Of a stretch of 64,000 nucleotides of DNA, positions 24,701 through 39,700 are shown piece after piece (positions within the stretch are counted from its first letter, which is position 1; every line of letters starts with the position of its first letter). Source of the DNA: Phoronis australis (Eukaryota; Animalia; Phoronida); assembly GCA_002633005.1 (NCBI GenBank), contig NMRA01000015.1, forward strand, positions 1,112,218 to 1,176,217, given 5' to 3'. Position numbers and translations under genes: made by a program. The notes below the pieces were generated by a model. That model saw only the letters and a program-made list of their open reading frames with translations, was not told the DNA's origin and did not search any database.

Positions 24701-27700
24701 TGGAGACATCACTTTACTTCTTAAATTTGACGTAGAAAAGAACACTGTGATGGCCTAAAGTTGACCTTAAATCTTTAAATGTCCAACACAGATGAGTCGA
24801 TCTCCTAGAATTATTAAAATAACCACTCACCTCTCCTTCATCATTGAAGACAACTTTCTGGTTGACTTGAAGGTTTTTCTTCTTCAGTTTCTTAGCCAGT
24901 GCATACTTAGTGAGAGGCTTAGATTTGGATGACTTTCTCTCGTCATTTTCCATAACTGGGTCGTCTTCATCTTCCTCTTCCTTACTTTTCTGAATGGTGA
25001 GTGTGACACATATTAATATGCAGAATCTATCTAAGATTCGGTAGAGATTGCTCATTTTTCCAACATTTCTTTGTTGGTGTCAAGTCTCAAACTGGTGAAC
25101 ATGTAAAAAGTCTGTGAAATGGTATCAGTGATGATCAAATCTGATTTATTCATTGCAGCGATTCAGCAATTTTGTGAACACTGCGAGACAGTAATGACGG
25201 AATTTTCTGTAGATAAGCCCACCCAATGAAACGCCCATGGGCGTTTATTCGGAAAATTATGCCGAATAAATGCCCATGGGTGTTTATTTGCAGTTACAAC
25301 TTCTGGTGTCAAGTGTCCAGATAATGGGGGGTTAATTCCGAAAATTTCTTCTTAAAAGCCCACTTAGCGTCAACTTTTTGTCTCAAATTCTGTTTTGTGG
25401 AATATTTATCATCTACAAAAACGAACAAGGTATTGGCAAACTATGCTTTTATTAAAACATAAAATTTAAAAACACAGTTTTAAGTAAAAAAATGTCAAAG
25501 TCAGCAAAACTATTACTTTCCGTGCTCAAGTCCCTCTGTTCTGAATAAACGCCTGGGCGTTGATTTGGTGTTACTAAAACACCTGAAAATTTTCATTTCC
25601 GAATACATACCCATGGGCTTATCTACCGAAAATCCCAGTAACAATGAACCTAGTGTGTGAAACTAACAGTAATATCTCAACACTTTCAGGCAAAAATAAT
25701 AGCCAAACTTTTTCCATCTGCATGGGCATTGAATACTGGACGGTGTGAATACCTAACCATACTCCAAAACATTCCAATGGTAAATATAATGGAACAAAAC
25801 TTTCAAACCAATCCATTTACTTGGTGGATATCGTTGAATTTCATTTGTCTGTCATTTTGTTTTTGTATGTCAATCAAACAGAGATGATAGTAAACAAAAG
25901 TCCACAACAATATAAATATGCCTGAACAAGGACCTACTTGCAACACTTCACTTGAGGACTTCTTTACTGTAAGGATATCATCAAGATCATCTTCTCCAAC
26001 AGAAAAATTGAAATTAGCACCAACATCACCACCACTGCTGCCACCTTTTGATGATTTTTCTCTCTCAATGTCACTGTCTTCATCAGAACTCTCAGTCTCG
26101 CTACTAGATGGCTCTGTTTTCATGTCGTTAGTCCGTACTTTTGTATTCCTCCCATTTGCATCAATTTCAGAATCACCACTAGCAGCCAGTGATACATCAG
26201 CCATTTTTTTACTTTTACTTTCAATTTTAGCATTGCGCTTCATTTTAGAACTAAGCTCAGATTCACTTTCGGCAACACGAGTCCTGTTTTGTTTCTGTTT
26301 CGCCTGTTTTTCAAGGAAACGTATCCGAGGTGGTATTGCGAGGCCGAGTGAGTGTGCATACAAGTCTGTCTCTAACTGCCCGATATCAAAGACCGCCTTG
26401 TCCTTCATCAGAAACACAGACCGCAAGTAGGACACAAACGCCTGTAATTTAATTGGAAGTAAGAAATTAGTGTCCATCTGTATGGTGAAATAGAGAAAAT
26501 ATATATCGCGAAAACAAGCACGCATAAGATTTGTTTGTTGAGCACAGCATGCCCATTTGATTACAAATGCTGTTGTCGGCACAATGGGTATCTTAATTAC
26601 TAGCACCAGAAATGATGAACTGACCATTCTTGACCAAAGAAAAAAATAAATCTGTATGGATGAGGACTAACATTTCAAAATTGACCGTTTACTAAACGTA
26701 ATCTACCAACAAAACATGGGCTTGCAGTATTTACTGGAGACTGTGTTTCTATTTCATTTGATACAATTAAGGTAAATAAGACCCATACTGAGTTCATGAA
26801 GTTTGGACTCAGTTTGGACTCAGTTTGGACTCAGTTTGGACTCAGTTTGGACTCAGTTTTGACAGGTTGTAAGATATGAACCTAAAGAAATGAAAATCAC
26901 ACATTTCACTTCTTGTTTATCTTCCTTTTTCATTACGAGATGGACCACAAAATGGGTCAAATGGAATTGTTAGATGAATGCTGGGCTTTGCTGAGAAACA
27001 TCTCAAATATAGAATAAAAATAATCTGGAACACGTTTCCATTATTATACAGAACTTTAGTCCTTGATGATACAAAAACAAAGTGGTGGTAATTAGCACAA
27101 TGTCTCTTCTGAAAATTGACGGAAAATTATGTCAAGCAGTTGACATACCCTTTGAGCACTCTCTTTCAGAGCGACGTCTGCTGCCAAATTTGCCTCTAGT
27201 TTTCCTTGAATGCTAGTCATTCTTTTAGAATTCACCCTAAAATATAAATTGATGTTATTACATTTTACAATGTGTGTCAATAAGCAATCATGGATTTCGC
27301 AACTGTCAAATTAAATGTCCTGCACACAAAGCTCCACTACAACTGACCATATCAACAATGAGCTAAAAACTACTGCACAGTTACCATTATCAAAAAGTTG
27401 TTGACCACTATTAAAAATTCAGAATGAATAACTTCATACCTACTCAAAATTCACCCGTTCAAGGTTACATCGCAATATTCGAACTAGATCCAAACTCACC
27501 ATCCGGCACAAAAACTAACTTTTGATTTAGGCCACTTACCATTATGAAATTGGTCTCAAATTGTTTCCCAATCAAATACTAGGTGATCTCTGGGCTTGGA
27601 AAGAGCCAACAATACGTCATTGGTTGAGACACAAGTTGGCACGGCACGGCGCGTCATTTGATGCGCTCAGTATGGTTCGAAGCAATCACAACATGGCAGT

Positions 27701-30700
27701 TTTCCCCAAAACCAGAAATCTTTTCTCATCTCGTAAGGAACGAAATAAAATGAAGATCGTTTTTATAGATGAAAGTGGTCTAAATAAAAAATTAGTTTCC
27801 TTGAGTATAATTCAAGTCTCACCCATAAAAATCGAGAGTTCTGAGACTTGAAGCTGCCACATGATTACACTGATCTAAGTCGAGGTCTAAATCAAATCAA
27901 ATGAAACTCACTTGATCTGTTCTATAGGAATTTTCTTGGCTTTAAGATGTTCCAACATGGCCGCCTCTTCAGACGGTAGGAGTATCAACAGCGCTTCGCC
28001 ATCTTGTTCATACCTAAGAAGCAGACGTGTCCTGTCATTTTGAGAATACATGCATCGGCACACATGGCATAGGAACTGACCAAGTGACGGACACACAACA
28101 TTCCAAACATCAGGAGAAACTGTTTGAGTCAAAAGTTTCATTTTCAAAGAGCTAGTTTCTGACATTTCAAAGCAAGCAAACTGCAAAAAAAAATTTGAAC
28201 GATAGGCAAATAATGAAACAGCTGTCTTACATTACAGTGCAATCAGGCAAGCACCGCACACACAGTTTAATGTACAGTACATACCAAAAATAATCATATA
28301 AAATTCAATTTCCCGTCACAATATGTACTTCCAGCTATTCCGCCGGTGAATTCTTACATAAAGTTGCCACGACAGGAAATTCCTCATCACTTCGTCTCAG
28401 TGTTTATTTTAGGTGAGTACTGTGTATTCGAATACACAAAACAGTCAACAACTGCAGCGGGTCCACCATTTGCTTACCTGGCTGTGCGCCCCGCCCTGTG
28501 AATGTAAGTGTTGGAGTCTTCCGGACAATCCAACTGGACGACCCAGTTAACAGCTGGGAAGTCTAGAATAACAAACAATAAGAACAGTTTTATGACACAT
28601 GACTTCATCAAACACATCCCTGACCTCTACCTTCATTCTCTAGATCATAAAGCTCCCTTCCATATGGTAGTAAACAATTGTTTTGAAATTCGTGAAGGGG
28701 CAATTCAACCACTATTGATTCGAGTAGACGGACTGAATACACGATTCAGGAAACCCAGTGGTTCTTTTTCTCATTTTACGCCTTGTGCTTTTTGTAATTA
28801 CCAAAACAAGAAAGCAATGTCACCACTCTGCACTCTTGATGAAGTATGAAACTAAATTCACTAAACTTGAATAACCCTTACTTGCAAGATTAACAAAGCT
28901 AAAACGTCCATAACCTTATTCAAGCTTGAACAATACTATTCAAGCTTGTGCAATATCATTCAAGTTTGGACAATATTATTCAAGCTTAAACAATATTATC
29001 CAAGGTTGCCCAGTATTGCAAAACCTTTTGGGTCTACCTTATTCAAAGTTCCTCACTAAACTTGCAAAACTATTCAAGCAATGTGGCAGATGTTCATATT
29101 TTAGCACACTCAAGTGCACTGGATGAGAAAAATTCCCACTACATCCGAAACAAAACCAAGTATCCTACCTAAGCCCCGTGCAGCAATATCCGTGGCAAAG
29201 AGCACTGCATGCTGTTTCCGACAGAACTGATCATAAACAGCGACCCTCTTCAGCTGCTTCATAGCACCATGAAGTGCCAGGATGCTGGTGCCTGGTCGCA
29301 GACGACAAAATGCATCGTGCAGATACCTCACCTATGACCACCAAGGATCACTAATTATAAAATGTGACTCCAATGAGTGCTTTGTCTTTTAAAATCCTTG
29401 CAAGTCCCCTGGCATACTTTGTTGAAATCATTTTTCCTGCTACTACCATTACCATTATCAATATCATTAGCAAAGAAACAAAGAAAGGTTAGTCTTGCCT
29501 TTCAATAAGAAACTTTTCTTTCGTTCAAAAGCATACATTAATAAATCTATCAATAAGAGTACCAAAATAATTTAAACAAAATTTCTGTCACCAACTCGGA
29601 ACAAATCGTCTCCAAGACCAGACATAAGTGGCCATAAAACACTTCTAAAGCATTCAAGTGTAAAACACTACTGCAGCTCAATGTCATTACAACAATTGTG
29701 ATAAATGATACATTGCTTGCTAATAACATTCCTTTAACAAGTCTTAAGACTAACGAACCATATACAACTTGATTTGGCGACAGTGAACTTTGGTTACAAT
29801 GAAATATCCTGCGAGGGTTTGTTTGACTACAGTTCAACTGTACACAGCTGTAACATGACATAGCCATCTAACAGCACTATTGTCCATTTACTTGGTAAAC
29901 CAACACCAGTGTGTATAATCTCCACACGAGGTACTTTCACACATAAAACGTGACATTACTTTGCCATAATGGGCGTCAAATGAAGTGCCAAGTGACCATT
30001 TCGGCTTTTGAGAACCGGCCTTCATTTCGTCTGCTTCCCTTTCTCGGAAATTGCCTCTTTACCAGACTTTTTTGAGCAGATAAAACGAAATGACGTCAAT
30101 TTCCACGTTGTCCGACATTTTAAATGAACCACCACGTGAATGAAAAGTTCTCGCTACCTGGTAACAGGACTACTGTGAGGGTCATACTAACAGTAATTAC
30201 CTGTTTGCAGCACATCATGAACACAATGACCTTTGACTTGGGGTGATGTTTGATGAACGACCAGAGGACATCGAGCTTCTCATGTAGTTCACACATAACA
30301 TAGCTCTGCCGCAGCTTGGCGGGGGTGCTGTGCTTAGCATGCTCGTGAACTGACACATACATGGGGTCCTTCAGACTGAGTCGGGCCAGTTCTTTCACCG
30401 ATCTGGTATTGAAGAAGGACACATGAAAAAGTGGCCAGATGTAGGTGGACACAAGAACTTAGTAAACGTGAGGATATATCGTTTTTCGCCATAGATATAC
30501 AATGTTTTAAAGAAAAGTCGAAGGTATTTAAATAAAGTAACAATAAAGTAAGGGAAGCTTGTTTTCAAGCAAAAAATATATGATTGAATCACTAAGACCG
30601 AGCTTTCCTGATATGATGATGAAAACTGGCAAGGGAAATTTAGACTAACAACAGACTATAGCTGCATCAAAATATTGTTAAAAACAGAACAAAGTTGAGG

Positions 30701-33700
30701 AAAGAGTAAACGGGCAGATGATCAGCGTAAAATGCCAATTTTTATTTTTAATAAACAAGTAAAATGACTCTGGATAGGTAGAAATGAGGAAGAGTTGACC
30801 AGACATATGAAGATAAGTAGAGGACTAAGCCCCCACTTCCAGACACTGTAAGGAAACTACTAACAGTTACAATAGCACTTACTTTGTCTGTGTGGCTGAG
30901 AAAAGGAGTGTCTGTCTCTCTGTGGGCAGATTGTCAATGATAGCGTTCATCGTTTGTTGAAATCCTAGGTCAAGAATTCTGTCTGCCTCGTCTAACACTG
31001 TAAGAATAGGTTCAGCAGAATGTAGCTTAGATATAATTTAGATATTAACATTCTAGATTTGCTAAATCATCTGAAGGTAATGGTATAAACACAACATTTT
31101 AAACGCTAAGTTAAACCCAAAGATCAACTTCCCCAAAACATGGATTTTTGAAAGAATTTTTTTCCAATGTTTTTCCCTTAAAGGCACAGGCAGTGATATC
31201 TTCTTTGATGCGCACGTCTTGAACTGGGAAATGTTTGTGAGTCCGTTATTTATTCCTCATACAATGTATTAAATACTAAGGAACTCCATATGATCGTCAG
31301 CATTGTGTATTTACATGAATATGGAATATGGTCCTGAGAGACAAAAGTATTATTTTGTTCTTCCTTATACTGGCAACAACATTATCTTGTTTAAAATACA
31401 GATAACCAGATTAGTGTATCAGTTTATGCCCAACATTGATTGATTGTTGTAATAAAACCACTCCAAAACTTAAACATCCTTTGTCAGAACTGCAGAGGTC
31501 TATTGTTGTGTACCGAAGCGTGTTCAATAGAGTGAGCGCCAGCGTGCGATTTGAGCGCCCTCGTCCTGAACAGCTGTGTTTACGTTAGCGCTCGCGAGCA
31601 TTTGCAAACGACCTCGAGAGCATGTTCGCTTAGATTTCCAAGATGGCGTCCTGCGAAAGCTTCACGTCTGCAACATATGAACCCATTATGGTTCTCCAAA
31701 ACGAAAACTAACCTCAAAAGTTGACCGACTCATCCGAAAGTGCGACTTAAATTGCGGGTCGCTGTAGCGAGGAACAGTTTCCTCGAAGTAATTTTCGATT
31801 CTTGTCGTTCCAAGGCCTTCATGGTTGTTGTCTTGGGCTGCCGATATTAATATTGGCAAAGATTCATAATAGTCATCACTCAGTCCGCCATAGGAAGGAT
31901 GTTAAGCTCAATGGCCAAGACGTTCAACACAATCTGCTTCAGAGTCGCTATACTGGATCGCACAATGAGCGCTCAAAGCTGTTCAGGAGCTGTTCCTTGT
32001 ATTCGCGAGTACACGTTAGCGGGCGCTCACTTTGTTGAACACGCTTCAGGTGTAACTGCCAGTGTGGTAAGTTTTATCTTGGCATGACAACTAAAAGATT
32101 AGGTCAAAGAGCAAAAGAAAAGTGACAATAGTGCCCTCTGTATTCACTATCCCAACTGGTCATGTAATATATTATACTAATCCTACAATTCTTCTCAATG
32201 ATGTAAACAACTGTCAGGGAGAGCCTTGCCATTGTTGATCTGAATGCTGGAGCTTCGCTGAATGGCAACCTGACGTCAGTTGAGCTCACCCTTTGGGGAT
32301 AGCTTTGAATACTTTAGACGTGAGTTTAGGTTTAGCTGTTCATGTCACTTGTGATCATGATTGTGGTGGCTGGATATTTTCCTTGAGAATGATGAAGTGA
32401 TTTTCATCGAGACACTGGACACAATGCTGACAACGATCGCTCTGAGTTTCTTATTATTAATTAAGCCAAAACCCATCTCGTTTCCATTAAATAGTTAAAT
32501 GTTAAATTGAAACAAGTCAACATCTAACAATCTAATGTAACAAATAAGTCTCACCCAAATGTTAACTTTAAAACTTTGTATTGCTCAACTGTCTATACAG
32601 ACAAATGAGTGTAAATCTGAATACATGAACAGCTTCAAATACTGCTCTAAGTATGCACTACTGTTTACATTTTTCCAGAAATAGACGAAAGTTTGGGATG
32701 TTTTGTTTTATATTTTGAGCCTGAAAACCATGGACACGCACCTAGAACCTGCAGGGTGTGCGCTGAGAAGTTGACCGTCTCATCCATGTGTTGCAGAAGA
32801 CGTCCTGGGGTGCAGATCACGATGTTCGTGTTGTTGATGCGCACCGCTTCCTCTTTGACGTGCTAGACAAGAAAAGCAAATACTACGTATATAACAACTT
32901 CGTGTGTTAAAACATCTTCAACATACCAGCAAGCTACAGTAACTCCAGTTTTCAAAATAAACTGGACACCCTTTGGCAAACCTCTGACATACACTGTTAG
33001 ATAATCCAGTAATTAGACAGTTGAACTGAAGTCTGAAGAAATTAGATATTATTGTGCCTAGTTGCTAACTATTTTAGTTGGACTGCGAAAGTAGTCTGAA
33101 TTCCAACAGCTAGGGGGTAGGGGCGTTACTGACAAGATTAAACCAGAATTTCAACCGACTCTTGTCATAAAGCAATTAAAATCTACTATAAATTTAGCCA
33201 TATTTTGGGAAGATATAATTTCCATTAGACAGGGGTTGGAATGACCAATGACAAAAAACGCGGAAACTTTTACGGCCCAAAACATGCGCGCTACCCAGCC
33301 TTGAAATAGCCGACAAAAATCGGTAGGACTAAAAAAAAAAAAAAAAAACGTTACCACCATCAGTAGCATGCGTCTGCGTCTTTTTATCTCGTCCATCCAC
33401 TCCTCAACTCCCACCCCCACACATTTTTGGCTGCAGAGCCGTAGTATTTGTCACCGCGGTTTACAATCACACGAGACACCATTGAAAATACCACCACGCT
33501 ATCCCAGGTGCCCCGGAAATGTTGACAATTTACATTCCTCCGAAACATAAAGAGCAACTTCCGCTTTTCAAGGTGAGCGTCGTCGGCAACACCGCGGTAA
33601 GAAAGGAATTTGTCGCAGAAATTTTATATCAAATCTGATTTTTTTTACGCGGAAATATAATAAAATGCGCGGACAGAACATTTGAAAAAAGCGGAAATCC

Positions 33701-36700
33701 GCGTTTCCGCGGAAAATTCCAAGCCCTGATTAGACCCACAAACTTGACATAGCAGAGAAGAGTGATCTACCTTGCCACCAATAACCAAGCCAGCAGAAAA
33801 GTCATGTTTCTTGCCGACTTTACGGAGAACTTCAAATGTCTGATATGCCAACTCTCTAGTTGGTGAGATAATGAGCGCCCCTAGGCCATCGTGGGAGCTC
33901 CACCTCAGGGTGTTCAAGCGTTCCAAAATCTGTAAAACAAAGAAAATTCTTTCATTGTTGATTGGTAACGAAACAAGATTGATATCAATAAGATATGACT
34001 AACGACACAAGCAAGGGAAAGACCACTGAGGTCTCTTGAACATGTGACCTTAACAACACATGCCAGGCTTTGACCAAAATTAAAATTACATTTGCTTCCC
34101 CACTCTAACTGTGTATGACATCTGCAACCAAAACATGTAACTTTCAATCAGACAAAGAAATTGTTTTTAGAGTAAAAACAAAATACTTTTTAATACAATA
34201 TTGCCATTGATTTTAATCACACAACATACAAAATATTTTATCTACCTCAGATGGGTGAAGAAAGAAGAAACAAAAAACATTTTTTTTCGAAAACTTCTTG
34301 TATAACAAGTGATTCTTTAATAATACATTCTCCAAGAGCCAAAAGCACAAACTTTCAGCAAACAGCAAAATCAGCGGAATAAAATTACTTAAAATACACT
34401 AACCGGGATTAGAAAGGCAAGCGTTTTTCCTGACCCAGTCTTGGCTGCACCCAGCACATCATGGCTCTGTAATGCCAGGCCAATGGACTGTCTCTGTATA
34501 TCTGTTGGCACTTCGTATTTGTGCATCTTTAAACCTGGAAAAAGTGAATGTTCTACAGGCCAAGTTCATATCGAACATTTATGTCACTGAGCACAAAATG
34601 CAGCAATAGTTGGCACCACATTTTGAGGACCAATTTAATGTCTGTTATTCAGTGGAACAAACTGGTTCTCAAAATTCGGGGCGCTTTTAAGCAAATATTA
34701 CCTAAAATGCAACAAAATTAATGTCTTGTTTTACTTTTTCAATGACACAATAGCTTGCTAGGGTTGCCACTAAATGACTGAACTACTATAGCTCAATGCT
34801 GTCTGAGGCCAAAGAGTTTGACATGCACAGGTAACGGGCAATTCAGAATTCCTTCACTCAAGCACTCTTTACCTCCAGTGTTACACAAGTCGTGATCTGT
34901 CGATGGCATCCAATTTGGATACACAATTAAACTTCTGGACTGGGTTGTGTAAAACTTAAACAAATTATCTGATCAATGACTTTGATTAAATCGCGTATCA
35001 TCAAAAGTGATGATCCAACAATTCCAACATAACGTGCGTTAATATGATGTCATACACGTTATCAAACGCAAAACTTTTATGATAGTGGGCCCTAGGCTTG
35101 AGATCTAAACTTTGTACTCAAAACTTGAGTAAACTTACAAAACTTGTTCTGGTATTGTGCAGCACAATTAGTTAAAAGTTTGAAGATTAGACCCTGTACC
35201 CAGGTCTTTCTATTTACGTCAGTGAATGATTGTGCTCTTTAGTATCTAAAGGCTCTTTTTGACCAATTTAACTCATACAAGACGGTGTTGCGAAAATGTT
35301 ATACTCTCTTACTGTTTTTGCAGTTGATAGTGACACCGAAGTTAATCTTTCACACTGCATCAAAGCGTTGACTTTCTGAACTTAAATCCACCTAATTATT
35401 GTTAAGTTTAACTTTGGTCCAACACTGAAGCTAGCATTCCACAACGGCTGGCTGCAGCTACCCTTTGCAATGGACAACCTCATACACAAAAAACAGAAGT
35501 TCACTCTTTGCGCTGTTCATAAGATTTCCCTGTGGTTTCACCCATTCTCACTGCACATGCAATCTGTTGCATTTTGACAAATATGTAAACTTGATTGAAG
35601 ACAAGACTGTATTTTTTACTTGACAGCTTAATACATACTCGCTCGTAGTCTCTAAACTTTAACTAAGAAGCACAAAATAGTTTTAACAATCATTGAAGCA
35701 GTCATCAAGGAAACTACAACTTTACTTACCTTCTAATGTCTTCGCTGAAAGCGGGAAGTCTGTGAATTTACTAATAGTAGCCGAATCAATCTAAAAAATA
35801 CAAAAGGCAATCATGCTAAATTTGGGCAGGATATCTCGTTGTGACAGTCCCAATTTCAACCATATTACCAGAAGAATTTACGAGTCAAAAATCATCCATT
35901 CACACCAGAGCCATGGCATATGTCAATTATAACTAAATAATGTGTATATAACATGAATCTTTCATTCCATGTTATTCGCTGCATTTTGAGATGAGTAACC
36001 ATCAGTAAGGCCAGACAGTGATCATTGTCTAGAAAATTGTATGCTATTCTGTAAAGAATTAACAAATTTATTACAAAAAAATAATTTTTGGTCACAGTAA
36101 TTTGCTAGTAATAGTATTCCCTTGTATTCTGTGGACTAAAACAAAAGGCTAACTATCTGTGATTTAAAGACAATGAAAAACGAACGGCTGAACAGATTTC
36201 ATTGGTTTCTTTTCGTTTGATAAGATTTTTAAAATTTAATCTTTGTGTTTTTTGACATAAAAGGTAAAATTGATTTTTCTCACGTCCTACAAGGCTACGT
36301 AAGCAATACAGTGTGCATTACATGGCGATGTAATATTGTAATAGCTAAGCAACACGTATCCCCTCGGTTGGCCAGTTAGGGGCTACACTCTCATCGCTTT
36401 CTATACTAATTTCGTCCCGTGAATTTTAAACGGGCGGTAGCCGGTAGGCGAAATCTGCTCACCAATTAAGAGTTTTTCCCTCATCAAAAATACACTCTAC
36501 ACTTAAAACTATCACTTAAAAAGGCGCTTACTTTCTTCAGTGATCTACACACATAGCATAGCTACGAGAATTAAGGTGACTGGTGAAGAATTCCAACGCC
36601 ACTTTTTTGGTCACTGTTAACTTTTTCACTATGTGCGATAACCACAAAATATTTTAACTGAGTCACAAGGGTTAAGCAAAGGCTAGCACGAGACTGAGCG

Positions 36701-39700
36701 AAGCACGTGACGTGGCGCGACACTTGCAAAATAGCATGGGAAGATATCAGGTGAAAGAAATAAGAGTGAACCACGACAGATTTTCATAGATATGTTTAAG
36801 TTATGTTGACTAAATGGTATGCAGAGTCATGGTACGTGTAAATTTTAACTGTATGAGTATATATATATGCATGTTTCCTTCGATTTCATTTGCTGTATTT
36901 TGAAATGAGTAACTTTTTATGGGGATGTACTGTCGCCCCTGTATGCTTGCGGCAGATTCCCTCAGCGGCTCAGAGCGATGTAAAGCCTGTAATAGCACTA
37001 GTCGGATATAATGGACCCTGAATTAGAGAACCAGTTTCATCCATTAAACAACGGGACCATTATTTAGTGATTGCCTAGTTCTCTAAATCAGGGTCCATTA
37101 TATCCGACTAATGCCAATTGTAACTGCCTAGGCTGAGTAGGGCCTAGCTTTGCACCGATGTGGGTAAAAAAGTGGTAAGATAAAATCTGACACAAAATTA
37201 GTTTCATTAAAAACTACAGTCTTCCTTGGGTAAACTAAATTATTCAACGGTGTTGGAAGAACTGGCGTTCTACCGTTATTCTGCTGCTAAAGTTGTGGAG
37301 CGATCTTTAGCGACTGCTTTCGGCGTCAAGTAATATTGCGTCACCTATTGGCCAGTTTCTTTTTTCGCCGATTCTTCAATCAACTGTTGTTCTTTCACCA
37401 GGTTGCATACATGTCACAACAAATTATCCGAACTGGTTTCACTTCATTATAAGTTTTTAGAATTTTGATACTGAAAAAGCGAATTTCAGAAGAAATTTTT
37501 CTTCTGCTAAGCTATCACCATCTCCCGAGAGATGTCTCAAAAATTTAGGAAATGGCGCGTGCGTGTAACACGAGCGTACTGTTTTCAAAATGACGACATA
37601 CTTTTCATTGTTAGAAAAGGCGGAGAGTTACGCAAGAAAATGATGTTTATTGCATTGTTTTTCACTTAAACAGTTGTAACGGGCAAGGTGAATGTCGGTT
37701 GATTCCCAGATTTTGCATGCACCCCGCCCGGTCTTTAGCTTTACATGTTGATACAAGTTTCATGGCGAGGTGATGAGTAGAACTACCCTGGCTGTGTGCA
37801 ATNGTCCCGGGACATCGGGTCTTTTATAACCGCTGGGAATCTGAGTTCATTTTCAAATAAACCAGAGCCAAGCCGGTATACTCTTTCATTTAGGACTGTC
37901 GCTGTTCTTTGAAGTGGTGCGCACGCGTGAGTTCACGCACTTGAATCGCTGGAGTAGACCTACACTTTACGTTGGCAACAACGTGTGAAAGACAAATCAT
38001 ATTTCGCGCACGTAGCCCCAGAAACAAGTAAAGGGTTTGAGAATTTCTTGGCAACTGAAAGTAAAGACGTGACTGTCGTTTGGCGATATAAAGGTTGTCA
38101 TTTTCACTTTGGCTGTCTTAATACGATAAAAAGGAGAAGCACATCTCAGTCTAAGTCACGATTGTCTGCCGGGACCGCTTGCGCGCTAACGGTGCCGCAG
38201 TGCGATATCACGGATATTGTCGTGGATATTTGGTACATCTTATGTGAAAAATAAAAATTTTTGTCCACCACAAAAGTTTGGTAATTGATCACTTAAGAAT
38301 TAATAGAAACGCCGTTGTTTTGTGAAGTTTTATCACTTGTTAAGCAGTGGCCCGAAACTTTCTTCGGTGAATCCAGGAATTTACAAAAGTGGCCGAAAGT
38401 GTTAGCCAATGAAATGCGTCAAAGATCGCTTCTGCATATTCCATGTTCACGCGACTTGCTTACAAGTCATCGGGAGGGATGTTCTCGGTTAGTGTTCTTT
38501 TGAACTTGGATTTGGCAACAACCACATAACGGTCGGATTAACAAGAGCTGCTTTGTATTTGCCAGGTATCTGTTGAGAAGTGTAAAAACTCAGCTCGCAT
38601 TTGTTGGAAATTCCAGGTCGCATTTTGCGACTTGATACGAGCTGACAAAAATCTCAGCTCGCATTTCCAAATATTTGCGACCTGCAGCTCGTTATGTCGA
38701 GCCCTGCCTTGGGTAAACTAAATTATTCAACGGTGTTGGAAGAACTGACGTTCTACCGTTATTCTGCTGCTAAAGTTGTGGAGCGATCTTTAGCGACTGC
38801 TTTCAGCGTCAAGTAATATTGCGTCACCTATTGGCCAGTTTCTTTTTTCGCCGATTCTTCAATCAACTGTTGTTCTTTCACCAGGTTGCATACATGTCAC
38901 AACAAATTATCCGAACTGGTTACACTTCATTATAAGTTTTTAGAATTTTGATACTGAAAAAGCGAATTTCAGAAGAAATTTTTCTTCTGCTAAGCTATCA
39001 CCATCTCCCGAGAGATGTCGCAAAAATTTAGGAAATGGCGCGTGCGTGTAACACGAGCATACTGTTTTCAAAATGACGACATACTTTTCATTGTTAGAAA
39101 AGGCAGAGAGTCACGCAAGAAAATGATGTTTATTGCATTGTTTTTCACTTAAACAGTTGTAACGGGCAAGGTGAGTGTCGGTTGATTCCCAGATTTTGCA
39201 TGCACCCCGCCCGGTCTTTAGTTTTACATGTTGATACAAGTTTCACGGCGAGGTGACGAGTAGAACTACCCTGGCTGTGTGCAATTCTGGGGTCTACGGA
39301 AGAAATACACACAGTGGTACCTAGCTGTATTTTGACGACAGTCTTCATACAGCTAGCTGGCTGGTACGCAATGACCTCTGTTGGCCCGACCAGAGGCGAT
39401 GCAGCTCCTATAGGCGCTCCATACGCCGGAAGCTTTTCGGCGAATTATGCCTCGCACCTACTAAAACATCAAAGTCACGTTGTTATAAATACCTTTTGTG
39501 CATAGAGGAACATTTTAGGAGGTTGTCGATGTGTTTAATTCCTTCCAACACGAACAAACACTTCCGTTATCGAAATTTTTGTTCGAGCAGTCACTCGTTC
39601 AGTTCCCATTTTATACTGCGCAATGCGCATGCTTCAATTTTTACCGCGCTCGCTAAGTGACGTGACTTCATGACCTCAATCTTTAAATAGGCCAAAGGTG

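Noticed and set aside
25918-26430. 170-aa plus-strand ORF
   Set aside because: Antisense shadow of the large DDX10 exon 26441-25938.
37224-39285. LTR retrotransposon or KolobokP long terminal direct repeats
   Set aside because: No TG..CA ends, PBS/PPT, TSD or internal gag/pol. An N at the junction points to haplotype concatenation.
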